DNA of 64,000 nucleotides from an uncultured bacterium. Lineage in GTDB: Bacteria > Verrucomicrobiota > Verrucomicrobiia > Limisphaerales > UBA8199. Both the position numbers and the translations under genes were made by a program. Below are positions 39,371 through 50,959 of the stretch, piece after piece. The notes below the pieces were generated by a model that worked only from the letters and a program-made list of their open reading frames with translations, did no database searches and had not been told where the DNA came from. The stretch is taken from contig CAVVMW010000021.1 in assembly GCA_963749495.1 (NCBI GenBank), positions 800,001-864,000 of the forward strand, in the 5' to 3' direction. Numbering within the stretch: the stretch's first letter is position 1; each line of letters begins with the position of its first letter.

Positions 39371-42300
39371 CTACTGCATCAGGCGATAAAACGCATTGCT
39401 CTTCCCAATGGGGATGGTCACCATGTTTTGGCCGCCACTGGGCACGATGGTGTTGGTCACTGCCGACCAGGTTGCAGCCGCGCCGAGTCGGGGCGTCATC
39501 TGCAAGCTGAACCCGGCGGCCGAGGCCGGCCAGGAGATCACGACCGCCTCGGCCTGAGCCTGAATCTGCAGGGCCGGCCGGGTGACGACCGCCGGAGCGG
39601 TGAAGTATTTCCGCTGCAAATAGGTCTCTGCCGCGGAGCGCTGAGCGGCGTCAACGGAGTTATACACGAGTATTTCCGCAATGTCGCCGAGCAGGTGTTG
39701 GCTGCCATTGGACAAGTAACCAACCGTGAGCGACTCGCCGCCGTAAGGCACTGGCATGGTGACCATGTCACTGCCCGCGTTGGTCGCGTTCACGTAGAGC
39801 ACCTTGGTTCCGTCAGAGGCCAAGGTTGCCGTGATCTCGGCCGGCGTGTTGTCCGCGAGCAAGGAAACGCCGCCGGGTTCGAGACTGTCGCCGACGGTGA
39901 ACCATTTTACCTGGCCGGCGGTTGTATCGCTAATGCCGAGCACCCAGCCCACCACGTCGGTGTAATTCGCGATGATCGTCCTCATCGTGGTCGTATTATC
40001 CGCGCTGGCGACGACATAAAGGCTCAGGTCCTGCAACTCGAGGTCCGTTGGATTATCGCACAGAAGGCCGGAGGAGGCGCCGTCAAAACGAATGACCGGG
40101 GTTGGCAGACCGTTGGGGAAATTGGCCGCAAACGCCAATTGCGGGCCGGTCCCCGCGACCGAACCGTTATGGTCATTGGCCCAACTGGATTGATCCATCC
40201 AGTTGGTCACGGTGTGGCCGTCTGAAGTCAAGACCCCGGCGTCAGCCGCCAGCCAGACCACCAGGCCGCTGCGGGGAGGAAGGGCTGACGAGGGGGGCAT
40301 CGCCAGGGCGATCTGGGAATTGGTGGCGATGACGTTGCCCACCAGGTCCTGGACCCCGTTGACCGTCAAGGTGTAGGTCGAGCCCCTGGGCCAACGGCGA
40401 GGTGGTCAACACAACGGTGTTCGAATTGAGCCCGAAGGCCGCTTGTTGGATGATTACCCCGTTGTTGATGGCGTAATTGCCTGGGTTGAGGACGGCGGCG
40501 CCCGCGACGGTTTTCGAGAAGACCACGGTTACCTGGCTGGCGCTCAAGTAATCCCGAAAGGCCGAAACCAAGGCAGGTGCGTTCGTGTCCAGGATAACCT
40601 TCAAGATCGCATTGGAACTCGTCACGGTGCCAAAGCTGTTGCTGAGCACCACACTGAAGGCATCGCCTTGTTGGGCACGGCTGACGCCGGGGATCTCATA
40701 GATCGCCTGCGTGGCGCCGGGGATGACGGACCCATTCAGCAGCCACTGGAAGGAGACCGGCGGGGCCCCCAAGTAGAGGACCTCGAACGAGACGGGATCG
40801 AGCTCGGCTACGGTCTCACTCTGTGGCTGCAGAGTGATCACAGGCTTGTCGGTTCCCACCTCGAAATACTTTTGGTTCAGGTAGTTCCAGACCAGGGCCT
40901 CTTGCGAGGGGGAGACCGCGTCGTAAGCGATAAGTTCGGCGAGGTTGCAGGCGCAATGCTGAGCGCCGTTGCCCAAATAGCCGACCGTGAGTTTGACACC
41001 GGAAGCATAGGTGAGAGGAATTCCGCTCTCGGAACCCAACAGGTTGGTGCCCATGAACAGGCTCTTGAGGCGGCCGGCACTGGAATAGGTGCAGGTGGTC
41101 ATATAGTACTGGCCCACCACCATTGGCGCCCCCGTGTTTTGGAGGGAGTCCGGCGGCGCAGTAAACCACTTCACTACGTCTTGGGTGTCGTCGCTGATCC
41201 CCACGCACCAGCCGGCGACATCGCGATAATTGCTGAAAAGGGTTTTCATTTGACCATCCTGCGGAATGCTCCACACCGCATAAATGGCCATGTTCGTCAA
41301 GAGCATGTCGCTGCCGTTGGCGAGGTTAAACCCTGCACTCGCGCCATCGAATTGGATGACAGAATGGAGCCCGTTGGGGAAGGTATCATCCTGGACCAGC
41401 AGGGATGAGCCGGTACTGGTCCCGTTTTTCGGCGGGGTGCCCACCTGTTGGTCCGCCCAGGCGGTGGCCGCCCCGCTCGCATTGGTGGTGACGCCCAGGT
41501 CGGCGCGGAGCCAGAGCTTGAGATGGGCGGTGGGAATCGGAGCGTTGGGGTTCACTACCGCCAGCGCATGCCGGGCACCGGCGGCAATAACGTTGCCATT
41601 CAGGTCCGCCACCCCGTTGACCGTCAGCGCGTACGCCGGGCCGAAGGTGATGGGCGAGGTCGTCAGCACCACCGTGTCGGGCGTGGCGCCAATGACGGCG
41701 CTGCTCACCGTCACTCCATTGTTGATGGCATAGTTCGCGGCCACGGTCGCGGTCGCCGCCGACACCGCCTTGGAAAAAACCACCGACACAGTAGTGGAGC
41801 TGACATAATCCCGGTCGGCCGAAGCCAGGGTCGGCGGCGTGGTATCGGGAATCACCGTCAGCGCGGCCGAACTGGTCGCCGTCCCCAGGCCGTTGCTCAC
41901 CACGACGGTGAATTGCCCTGCATTGGTGCGGCTGACACTGTTCAAGGTGTACCAGGGAGCGGTCGCCCCCGGCACGGCCGCGCCGTTCGTGAACCACTGA
42001 TAGCTTAGGGGTGGAGCGCCGTTGGCCCCGACGGCAAAGGTCACCGGCAGCGATTCATTGACGGTTTGGTTGACGGCCTGTTTGGCGATCGCCGCCGCGC
42101 CGGTGGGTGTGAAGAAGTATTTCTGGTAAAAATAGGCCTCGACCGCCAGACGTTGCGCGGCGGATTCACTGTCGTAGAAGAGGACTTCCGCGATATCGCC
42201 CGTGAAAAAATCGCCACTAAGAGTGACGTCCAGGATGTTAGTATCCAGCGGTGCATCGACGTTGGGAAACGTCCCGTAAGCCCCTATCGCAAGGGCGGCC

Positions 42301-42941
42301 CAAGTTGCATAAGTGAGGGCGTTGCCGCTGGCGGTGGCCGCTTGCACCCCATTCGTGTAAAGGGTCTTTGCCCCGGTGACACTGTCGAAGGTAGCCTCGA
42401 CCAGGAAAGGCGTATTGTTTGCCAAACGAGCGGAGAGCAGGTCGTTCCCCGGCGTGCCGGTGTACCAGTCCGCCGCTCCGGGCGAGTTGGCATTTCGGCT
42501 TAACCCGAGGATGAACCCGAACGGAGACCGGGAATTCGCCAGCAGAGCGCCGCCCGAGGTCGGGTCGGCGATGGCCGCCACAACATAGGCGCTGACCGTC
42601 GGCGTCGTTGCGTCCAGGACGTTCTCCAGCACGAAGCCCGTGGTGCCGTCGAGTGTAATCACCGCGTGCGCCCCACTGGGGAAACTTGAGCCGACCGACA
42701 ACATCGGCACGCCCATGCCCGAGGAGATGCCGTCATGCGCCAGTCCGCCGGCCACCAGGGCCGGCGCTTGATCCGCCCACGATACGATACTCCCGTCGCT
42801 GTTCGTGGTTACGCCCTTGTCGGCCGCGAGCCAGATTTTCAGGTTCTCAGCCGGCGGCTGCGTTGCGCCCGCCAAGCTCCAGTAGGGCTGCAGGGCGAGA
42901 AGCGTTAAGGCGAGAGATACGAATATGAGGTTGGTTTTCAT
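39371..42941 (-). CDS. Large secreted LamG/Ig-repeat protein; single-base frameshift near 40385
   Basis: Three WLxAD.GV LamG-like units, Ig-like repeats, C-terminal FYRL; removing one G restores QGSTYTLTVNG. Confidence 0.8.
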
Positions 42942-43389
42942 ACACGCTGCATGGATACTGAGGGTTCATCGGTTGGGGGTTGGATTTCCGCAGACCCTTC
43001 CCCGGGGGGAAGCGATCACCCCCCTGTGGCTGCCAGGAGATAAGTTGAGGACTGCGCGGGCACCTCCGCTGGGCGCAGGTTGCAGAGACTGGGATCGCTC
43101 TGGAGGGCCCATTTTCATGTTCATTGTTGCCAGGATGTTCCATGAGGCACAATTCAGCCACTGCTTTTCGGTTGAAAGTGTTGCTTTTTTCAGGTTGGGC
43201 GCGTCCCGGTCGGGCCAGGATCATGCGAAAAACCAGCGAAAAACGCTCGGAAAGCAAAAGCGCGGCCGGGGCCTGTTCTGTTGTGCTGGAGCGATTGAGC
43301 CTTCCACCGCGCGGATTGCGGGCAGACCGGCTCCGGTGGGGGTTTCCAGATGCAGCCGCGCGTTAATCACCTCCGCGCGGCAACCGGAT

Positions 43390-43766
43390 GGAATGAATCC
43401 TGGCGGTGGATGTTCGCCTCGCAAATGGTCGTCGTGGTGCTCTTCGCCCTGTTCCTGTTCCGGTTGCCGCCCAGCCCGCGCTGGCTGGCCCAGCGTGGCA
43501 GATTCGACGAGGCCCTCCAGGTGCTGGTGAAAGTGCATGGCCGCGAAGGTGCCGCAGCCGAATTGACCGAGATTAAGGAAGCGCTGACGCAGGAGACCGG
43601 CGGGTTCGCCGAACTGCTCACGCCCGGGATTCGTTACGCGCTGGGCATTGGCTTGCTCCTGGCCTTCTTCAACAACTGGACCGGTTGGTCCGCGATGGGG
43701 GGCTACATTCCGGAGACCAAGGGACGCGCCATCGAGGAGATCGCGCGGTCCTGGCAGCGCCACTAA
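43390..43766 (+). pseudogene. MFS sugar porter fragment
   Basis: WRWMF, PPSPRWL and PETKG motifs with most helices missing. Confidence 0.75.
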
Positions 43767-43916
43767 GTCGAACCACGCAACATTGGCACAGCCTTTGTCG
43801 CTTCCTTTGTCGCTTCCTTTGTCGAGAAACGGCGCATTCGACAAAGGCCGCGACAAAGGCTGCGACAAAGGTTCAAAACCCGCATGAGTGTGCCAATGTG
43901 GGTTGTTCCGATTTAG
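43763..43916. mobile_element. MITE-like element between convergent stop codons
   Basis: CTAA...CATTGGCACA / TGTGCCAATG...TTAG outer IR; inner (CTTTGTCG)x3 / (CGACAAAG)x3. Confidence 0.75.
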
Positions 43917-44911
43917 CCCCGCGGCAGTTCTTGGAACCGTTCGTAGGCGGCGGGCGAGGCATTCAGGTCCACGCCACCGGGCGCTTTTGGCTTCTGGCCC
44001 CGGCCGTGGTGATAGTCTCTGGGAGTTACGCCCATAAAGGCCCGGAACGTTTTGTTGAAATGGGCGAAGCTGTCGAACCCGACGGCCAGGGCCGCTTCGG
44101 TGACGTTGTACCCGGACTCATTGAGCAAGGCCGCAGCGCGGTGGATGCGGTAGCCTTGAAGGAACCTCACCCAGGACATGCCGAGGGCGTGCTGGAAGAG
44201 CTGTTTGAGGCGCGATTCGCTCAGTCCGGCGGCGCGGGCAACTTCGCTCGCATAGATGGGCTCGCTGTAATGCGTGCGGAGAAATTGGAGGGTCTTCATC
44301 AGGGGCCGCCAGTCCTCGGCCAGTTCCTCGCCGCCGATATTGCGCCCCTGTGCGTGCTCCCAGCGCAGGATGGTGATCAACTGTTCCATCAGCAAGGTGC
44401 GCAAGCGGATTTCCCGGCCCACTTGCGCGCCTTCCGACTCCGTGACCATCTCCCGGAATTGCGCGGTGAGCCGAATGAGGAGCTGCCGCGGGGGGCGCAA
44501 CAGGCGCTGGGCCAGGGATTGGCGGGCGGTGAACCGCCGCAACAGGCGGATGCCGTCGCTTTCGGGGCCGATCTCAATCGGCACCCAGGGCAGAAAATAA
44601 ACCGTGACGAACCGGAGCGGGTATTTCTCGATGACGCCCCAGTGCGGCACGCCCGGACCCAGTATCAGCACGTCTCCGGCCTGGGAGCAGGAGTGTTCAC
44701 TTTCCACAAACATGCGGCCTTCACCTTCCAGACGGATGCTGATCTCGCAGTAGGGATGCCACTCGGGATGCGGCCGGGGCGGGCCCTCCCGAATCGTGCC
44801 GTGGCGCACGTAAATGGGACTCGACTCGTTGACCGGCAGGAGCGACTCAGAGGCGTCGAGCAACCAGGCCAGCTCGTGCGGGTCGGTGGGCTGGGACTTC
44901 ACGGCTCGCAT
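43913..44911 (-). CDS. AraC-family transcriptional regulator
   Basis: Cupin HPEWHPYCEI; C-terminal VGFDSFAHFNKTFR...GVTPRDY. Confidence 0.92.
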   Translation of the reverse strand: MRAVKSQPTDPHELAWLLDASESLLPVNESSPIYVRHGTIREGPPRPHPEWHPYCEISIRLEGEGRMFVESEHSCSQAGDVLILGPGVPHWGVIEKYPLRFVTVYFLPWVPIEIGPESDGIRLLRRFTARQSLAQRLLRPPRQLLIRLTAQFREMVTESEGAQVGREIRLRTLLMEQLITILRWEHAQGRNIGGEELAEDWRPLMKTLQFLRTHYSEPIYASEVARAAGLSESRLKQLFQHALGMSWVRFLQGYRIHRAAALLNESGYNVTEAALAVGFDSFAHFNKTFRAFMGVTPRDYHHGRGQKPKAPGGVDLNASPAAYERFQELPRG

Positions 44912-44951
44912 AGGCAAGCGTGAAATTATGAAACGGCGCGGCCAGCGTCAA

Positions 44952-45761
44952 TCATCCGCCCGCCTTCACGTAATCGAACGGCTCGCCCTGTCTCAGCAAC
45001 CGGTAGCAGCCGCCCAGGCTTTGCAGCTTGAGATTCGTGTGAAGCATCTGGGGAGGCTGGCAGTTGTCCCGGAACAGATCGTGATGGCAGGGAATCACTA
45101 CCTTGACGCCGAGTTGTTTGGCCAGCAGGGCGGCTTCGGCCGGGCCGAGGTTGCGAAAGGCCCCGTTGATGACCGTGACCAACACGTCGGGTTGGTGAGG
45201 AGCGGCCGCGATGGCCAGCACTTCGTGATAAGCCGTATCGCCGGTGAAATAGAACTTCGGCCCGTCCGCTATCGACACCAGGTAACCGACGTGGGTCAGA
45301 TCATCGCCCGCAAAGGGAATGGCAAACGTGGCGCGGATCCTCAGGTCCCCTATCTCGATCTCTTTGTTCGGCCAGATCAGGTTTATTTCGGTCGGCGGGA
45401 CACCCAGGCTCCGCAGCTTTTCGCAACTTTCCGCCGGTGCGATCCAGGGACCTCGGCCTCCGGCGGCGCGGTAGGCGGCCAGGGTTTCAGGGTCGAGATG
45501 GTCCTGGTGGCTATGGGTCAGGAGATAGGCGTCAATACCCTGCAGATCAGCGGGAGCGATGGGCGGCGGCACCTGTTGATCCATGTCAAATCCATACTGG
45601 TCGCCGATCGCCTTGCAGGAGTTGCTCAGGTAAGGGTCCAGGGCGGCGATCTTGCCGGCGGGGCTTTTGAAGATGAAGCCGGCCTGGCCCAGCCACCAAA
45701 GAGTGATCGCTCCCGCCGGCGTCGGGTGCGCCTTGAGAATGGCCATCGTCACACCTGCCAT
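44952..45761 (-). CDS. MBL-fold hydrolase (UlaG-like lactonase)
   Basis: WLGQAGF, DPYLS, THSHQDHLD, GDT, IPCHHD. Confidence 0.88.
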   Translation of the reverse strand: MAGVTMAILKAHPTPAGAITLWWLGQAGFIFKSPAGKIAALDPYLSNSCKAIGDQYGFDMDQQVPPPIAPADLQGIDAYLLTHSHQDHLDPETLAAYRAAGGRGPWIAPAESCEKLRSLGVPPTEINLIWPNKEIEIGDLRIRATFAIPFAGDDLTHVGYLVSIADGPKFYFTGDTAYHEVLAIAAAPHQPDVLVTVINGAFRNLGPAEAALLAKQLGVKVVIPCHHDLFRDNCQPPQMLHTNLKLQSLGGCYRLLRQGEPFDYVKAGG

Positions 45762-45775
45762 GCGAGTCGGTTGGG

Positions 45776-46558
45776 TTAAAACTCCCGGATATAGCCCGCC
45801 AGCCAGCCCCCGTCCACAGTAATAACTGCGCCATTGAGGTAAGAACTTTCCGGCGCGGCCAGGAACAGAACAGTATAGGCGATTTCCTCGACGTTGCCAG
45901 GGCGGCCGAGTGGAATGTGGGCCAGCATCGTTTGAACCCGATCACTGAACTTGCCGTCCGGGCCGTAAAACAGTTGCCGGGTTCCTTCGGTCAGGATGGA
46001 CCCCGGGGCAACGCAATTGACGAGTATCCCCTGGCTGCCCAATTCGATGGCCATTGAGCGAGTCAAGTTGACCACCGCGGCCTTTGCGGCAACGAAAGGG
46101 CTTTGCAGCCGCGCCGGGACCAGGCCAAGCACCGAGGAGATATTGATGATTCGCCCGGATTTTTGGGCGATCATGCGCCGCGCTGCCGCCCGGCTGACAA
46201 AGAACAGACCGTTCAAGTCCACCTTCAGGATCCGGTCCCATTCCTCGGTTGGGAATTGGTCGATGGTGACCCGGTGAGCCAGGGTATTGACGCCGGCGTT
46301 GTTCACGAGGATGTCCAGGGCTCCAAATTGGCGCGTTATCTGGTCAATGCCAGCCTCCACCTCGCGCTCGTCGGTTACATCCAGACGGAGCGGCACGCCC
46401 CCCGGCGAATCGGCGGCCGAACTGGCGGCGGTGGCGGCATCAACATCCGCAAAGATGACCCGTGCGCCGTTGGCTGCAAGCGTTGCGGCTATGGCCCGGC
46501 CGATGCCGCGCGCGGCGCCGGTGACCAGGGCGGTCTTGCCATCGAGATCGACCTTCAT
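45776..46558 (-). CDS. SDR oxidoreductase
   Basis: TGAARGIG, NNAG; FVAAK in place of YxxxK. Confidence 0.9.
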   Translation of the reverse strand: MKVDLDGKTALVTGAARGIGRAIAATLAANGARVIFADVDAATAASSAADSPGGVPLRLDVTDEREVEAGIDQITRQFGALDILVNNAGVNTLAHRVTIDQFPTEEWDRILKVDLNGLFFVSRAAARRMIAQKSGRIINISSVLGLVPARLQSPFVAAKAAVVNLTRSMAIELGSQGILVNCVAPGSILTEGTRQLFYGPDGKFSDRVQTMLAHIPLGRPGNVEEIAYTVLFLAAPESSYLNGAVITVDGGWLAGYIREF

Positions 46559-46728
46559 CACCCCATCATCCGTAGCACAAAGCCGGGGCGGCGACATCCT
46601 TTTTTTGGGCGATTACCGGCGCTTTTCCACGTTCCGGCGCCGGGCTGGATATCTTTCAAAAACAATGTAAAAACGCCGAAAAACAGAAGTGCCCGCCGGT
46701 GATAACCTGTAAACCTCCAGGGACTAAT

Positions 46729-49113
46729 ATGAGTGAAGTGGCAGAGCCCAAGCCGATACGCGCCAGTCTTCCGGGACGGCCCGAATGCATCCGTTTATAC
46801 GAGCAGATGGTGTTGCTGCGGCAGTTTGAACTGGCCGCGCAGAAGAACTACAAGGCGGGGCGGATGCCCGGGTTTATCCATCTCTACGTGGGCGAAGAGG
46901 CGGTGGCGGTGGGCGTCTGCGCCAATTTGGGCAAGGAGGACTGGATTACCAGCACTCACCGGGGGCATGGCCACGCACTGGCCAAGGGATTGCCGGCCAG
47001 GAAACTCATGGCGGAGTTGTACGGGCGCGCGGGCGGTTGCTGCGGAGGGCGTGGCGGCAGCATGCACCTGTTCGATCCCTCGATCGGCTTGTTCGGGACC
47101 AATGGGATCGTAGGCGGCGGTCTGCCGGCCTCCGTCGGGGCCGCCTTGAGCGCCAAGGCCCGGCGCACCGGCCGCGTGGCGGTGGCCTTTTTCGGCGACG
47201 GCGCCGTGAACCACGGGGCCTTTCACGAGAGCGTCAACTTCGCAACGGCGCAGCAGGCGCCCGTCGTCTTCGTCTGCGAGAACAATCTCTATGCGACGGC
47301 CACACCCTTCTCGGCAGCCACCCGAAACCCGTCCGTGGCGAGCCGTGCGGCGGCTTACGGCCTGCCGGGGATCGAGGTGGACGGCAATGACGTGCTGGCG
47401 GTGCATGAAGCGGCCCGGCAAGCGGTCGCGCGCGCGCGCAACGGAGGAGGTCCCACCTTGATCGAGGCCAAGACCTACCGGGTCGTCGGCCACCACGAGG
47501 GGGATCCGCTGGTCGGCACATACCGCACGCAGCAGGAGTTGGATGAATGGCTGCGCCGTTGCCCGATCACGCGCTTTCGCTCCTGGCTTACGGCCGAGGG
47601 ATTCGCCACCGCGGCGGAATTGGCCGAGATTGACGCGCGGGTTCGCCTCGAGGTCGAGGAAGCCGTGGCCTTCGCCGAGACCTCGCCTCCGCCCGATCCG
47701 GCCACCGCAAATCTGCACGTCCTGGCCGACCCCCTCAATCCCGCAGTCGCGCTCGGAGCGGAGCAGCCGCGCGACGGCCGGCTGGTGGAGATGAATTACC
47801 TGGAAGCGGTGCGCGACGGGGTCGCCGAGGAAATGCGGCGCAACCCGCACTTGCTCTATTTCGGCGAGGGGATCGGGGAACGCGGAGGGAGCTTCGCCCA
47901 TACCAAAGGCCTGTGGCAGGAATTCAGCGGGAAGCGCGTGATCGATACGCCGATCTCCGAACTCGCTTTTACCGGCGCGGCGGCGGGCGCCTCGGCCACC
48001 GGCTGCCGGGCGGTCGCCGATCTGATGTTCATCGATTTCCTCTTCGATGCCTCATCCCAGGTGCTGCTGCAGGCCGCCAAATGGCGGTATATGAGCGGCG
48101 GCCAGGTCTCGGCGCCAGTGGTCATCCGGGCCAGCATGGGGGCCATCAAAAACGCGGGACCCCACCACAGCGGGTGCTACTATCCCGTTTACGCCCATTG
48201 CCCGGGGATCATCGTCGTCGTGCCCTCGAACCCGGCGGACGCCAAAGGCCTGATGAAAACGGCACTTCGCGCGTCCGACCCCGTCCTGTTTCTCGAACAC
48301 AAACTGCTCTTCAGCGCCAAGGGGCCCGTTCCAGCCCAGGAGTTTTATGTCCCCTTCGGCCAGGCCAACGTCCTGCGCGAGGGGACCGATCTCACCGTGG
48401 TGAGTTGCGGCGACTGTGTGAACCGCTGCCTCGCCGCGGCCCGCCAGTTGGCCGACGAAGGAGTTTCCTGCGAGGTCATCGACCTGCGCACCATCGTCCC
48501 GCTCGACACCCAGACCATTCTGGCCAGCGTCAGCAAGACCGGGCGGGTTTTGGTGGTCGACAAGGCCCACCCCATGTGTGGAATCGGGGCCGAAATTGCG
48601 GCCCTGCTGATGGAGGAGGCCTTCGACGAACTCGACGCTCCCGCCGGCCGGTTGCATCCCGACCCCGTCTCCCAGCCCTTCTCCCCTTCGCTCGAAGGCG
48701 AGATTATCGTGACCGCGGAGCGAATCGTCGCGGCGGCCAAGGCGGTCATTTCCGGCCGCCCGCCCGTGCCCCGGAGGCCCGAGGGGTCCGCGCCGCACGG
48801 CAGCCAGGCGCCGCTCCTGGCCAGCGGGGCCAAAGCTGGCGCCACGGCGCCTTCCGCGCCTGCCAAGGCCGGGGCCGGCCTCCCCGTTCGCATGCCCAAC
48901 CAGGATTTGACCGTAACCGAAGGCACGGTCGTGCGCTGGCTCAAGCAGCCGGGCGAGACGGTCCGGCTCGGCGAGACGCTGGTCGAAGTCGAGACCGTCA
49001 AGTTGATCGTTCCGGTCGAATCGCCGGCCACCGGAAAGTTGGTCGAGATTCTGGCCGAAGCTGGCGCGGTGGTCCAGCTTGCCCAATCGCTGGGCAGGAT
49101 CCAGCCCGACTGA
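46729..49113 (+). CDS. Fused E1 alpha/beta dehydrogenase with C-terminal lipoyl domain
   Basis: GRGGSMH, GDGA...ENN, DTPISE, FLEHK, EVETVK. Confidence 0.92.
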   Translation: MSEVAEPKPIRASLPGRPECIRLYEQMVLLRQFELAAQKNYKAGRMPGFIHLYVGEEAVAVGVCANLGKEDWITSTHRGHGHALAKGLPARKLMAELYGRAGGCCGGRGGSMHLFDPSIGLFGTNGIVGGGLPASVGAALSAKARRTGRVAVAFFGDGAVNHGAFHESVNFATAQQAPVVFVCENNLYATATPFSAATRNPSVASRAAAYGLPGIEVDGNDVLAVHEAARQAVARARNGGGPTLIEAKTYRVVGHHEGDPLVGTYRTQQELDEWLRRCPITRFRSWLTAEGFATAAELAEIDARVRLEVEEAVAFAETSPPPDPATANLHVLADPLNPAVALGAEQPRDGRLVEMNYLEAVRDGVAEEMRRNPHLLYFGEGIGERGGSFAHTKGLWQEFSGKRVIDTPISELAFTGAAAGASATGCRAVADLMFIDFLFDASSQVLLQAAKWRYMSGGQVSAPVVIRASMGAIKNAGPHHSGCYYPVYAHCPGIIVVVPSNPADAKGLMKTALRASDPVLFLEHKLLFSAKGPVPAQEFYVPFGQANVLREGTDLTVVSCGDCVNRCLAAARQLADEGVSCEVIDLRTIVPLDTQTILASVSKTGRVLVVDKAHPMCGIGAEIAALLMEEAFDELDAPAGRLHPDPVSQPFSPSLEGEIIVTAERIVAAAKAVISGRPPVPRRPEGSAPHGSQAPLLASGAKAGATAPSAPAKAGAGLPVRMPNQDLTVTEGTVVRWLKQPGETVRLGETLVEVETVKLIVPVESPATGKLVEILAEAGAVVQLAQSLGRIQPD

Positions 49114-49123
49114 ACGGAACGCC

Positions 49124-50029
49124 ATGTCCCCCACTGCTTCCCTTCCGCGCCGGCGGTCTTCGCGCGTGCTCGCCTCGCCTCGGGCCCGCCGCCTGATGCG
49201 CCAACTTGGCCTCGATCCTCGCCAGATCCGCGGCTCCGGACCGGCTGGGCGCATTATCGAACAGGACGTTCGGACCGCCGTCGGCGCCTCGCCGCCGCAG
49301 CCCGTTGGCGGCTCTGTTCAGCCTGTTGGCGGGCTCTCGGCAATGCGTGCCGCGATTGCCGAGAAAACCGCCGCCAGTTTCTCCACCGTGCCGCACTTTT
49401 ATTTGCGGGTCGAGGCGGATCTCACCTTACTCTGCGAGCTCAAAGAGCAACTGGCACCCGTCGTTGCTCGCAATGCCGGAGTGAAACTCACCCTGACGGA
49501 CCTGCTGTTGCGCGCCATGGCCTTGGCCTCGGCGGAGTTTCCCGTGGCGACCCAGGTCTGGCAGAACCGGACGGTCGTGCAGTTGCCTGGCGTGGACTTG
49601 GGCCTCGTGGTCGGCGTGCCTGATGGGCTGCTCATTCCCGTGATCCGAAACGCCGACAAGCTCGGTCTGGCCGGCCTGGCCAGGCGGCGCGCGGAACTCA
49701 CCGCCGCCGCGCGCACCGGCAAACTGGCGCCCGAGGACACGCGCGGCGGGGCCATGAGCTTGTCCAACCTGGGAACCAGCCCGGTGGACGAATTCGCCGC
49801 CGTGATTGCCCCCGGCCAAAGCACCATGCTGGCCGTCGGCCGCGCCGCGCCTCGTCCATTCGTGGTCCAGGGCCAACTCGCGGTGCGCGCGACGCTGCGC
49901 CTGTGCCTGGCGGCGGATCACCGCGTTATGGACGGCGCGCCAGCCGCCGCGCTCCTGGGCCGGATTGCCGGCTTGCTCGAACATCCCGCGCCCCTGGCGG
50001 CCGGCCTGAGCGCCGCCAGTCCCACGTGA
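49124..50029 (+). CDS. Dihydrolipoamide acyltransferase E2 lacking lipoyl domain
   Basis: ASPRARRL...GSGPAGRI binding domain; SNLG; DHRVMDG. Confidence 0.9.
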   Translation: MSPTASLPRRRSSRVLASPRARRLMRQLGLDPRQIRGSGPAGRIIEQDVRTAVGASPPQPVGGSVQPVGGLSAMRAAIAEKTAASFSTVPHFYLRVEADLTLLCELKEQLAPVVARNAGVKLTLTDLLLRAMALASAEFPVATQVWQNRTVVQLPGVDLGLVVGVPDGLLIPVIRNADKLGLAGLARRRAELTAAARTGKLAPEDTRGGAMSLSNLGTSPVDEFAAVIAPGQSTMLAVGRAAPRPFVVQGQLAVRATLRLCLAADHRVMDGAPAAALLGRIAGLLEHPAPLAAGLSAASPT

Positions 50030-50080
50030 GGCCGGGCGGCAGCGGAAATACAAAAAGCGGTTTATAACCAACGCCAACGC

Positions 50081-50254
50081 GGGCGCATCCCGACACCGCC
50101 CCCACCGCCGGGGGCCGGACAGGAGTGCGCCCGTCCCCGGGCGCAGCGACGTCCGGAGCCATGGCAGCGGTCAAACACCCCGGCGCGCCTGCCCGCTCGG
50201 TTGCTGCTGCGCCCGGGGACGGGCGCACTCCGGGGGCCGTGTCAGGATGCGCCC
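50081..50254. mobile_element. MITE/REP element copy 2 (174 bp) with CGC flanking duplication
   Basis: GGGCGCATCC ... GGATGCGCCC termini; matches 7646-7819. Confidence 0.85.
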
Positions 50255-50531
50255 CGCTAACGCCGCCGGCGAAAAAACCGTTTTTCTTCCCCACAAAACG
50301 GACTAGTCACGCCGCAAATTGCTCCGGGGTATTGAGCTCTGAGCCTTTGAGCCATGATCCGGGCCGGGATTGTGCGCGGGCGCCGACGGCGCCACGTCTC
50401 CGCACGCGGGGCAAGCTGCGAATTGTGGGAAAACTTTGTCCCCCCGTTCCGCTTTTGACCCCGTTCCCGTTTGGGCCGCGCGCGTTTTTGGGGTTGCATG
50501 GATGGAGTCGGAGGATCAAATTGGAACGAAT

Positions 50532-50726
50532 ATGTCGCTGGCAGAGATGCTTCCTGAGATTCGCAACCTTTCGGCAGCGCGTAAATTGCGTTTGATCAGG
50601 CTTCTGGCGGAGCAGGTGGATGTTGAGGGAGACGTTGCGCCTCTAGTACACGGTCGGATCTATATCGTTTCGACGCCCGCTTTCGAACCCGGCGCGAGCG
50701 CGGTTTTCCAACAGGAGCTGAGGTGA
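50532..50726 (+). CDS. Small antitoxin-like hypothetical protein
   Basis: MSLAEMLPEIRNLSAARKLRLIRLLAE; GTGA overlap with next gene. Confidence 0.6.
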   Translation: MSLAEMLPEIRNLSAARKLRLIRLLAEQVDVEGDVAPLVHGRIYIVSTPAFEPGASAVFQQELR

Positions 50727-50959
50727 GCGGGGATCAGATAAGCCGACTGGCGGACGGACTGTACCGGGAGCGGGTCCTCGAGGCGCGCGCCATGGCGCCG
50801 GAGGACAAGTTACTTGCGGGGGAAGAACTCTTCGAGTACGCGTGCTCGATCACGCTGGCCGGTATCCGCAACCAATTCCCCGAGGCGACTGAGGCCGAGT
50901 GCCGCCGGATACTCGAGGCGCGGCTGGAACTGCGGGAGCGGATGGAGAGCACACCGTGA
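50723..50959 (+). CDS. Small protein coupled to nucleotidyltransferase
   Basis: ARAMAPEDKL...GIRNQFPEA; overlaps both neighbours. Confidence 0.7.
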   Translation: MSGDQISRLADGLYRERVLEARAMAPEDKLLAGEELFEYACSITLAGIRNQFPEATEAECRRILEARLELRERMESTP

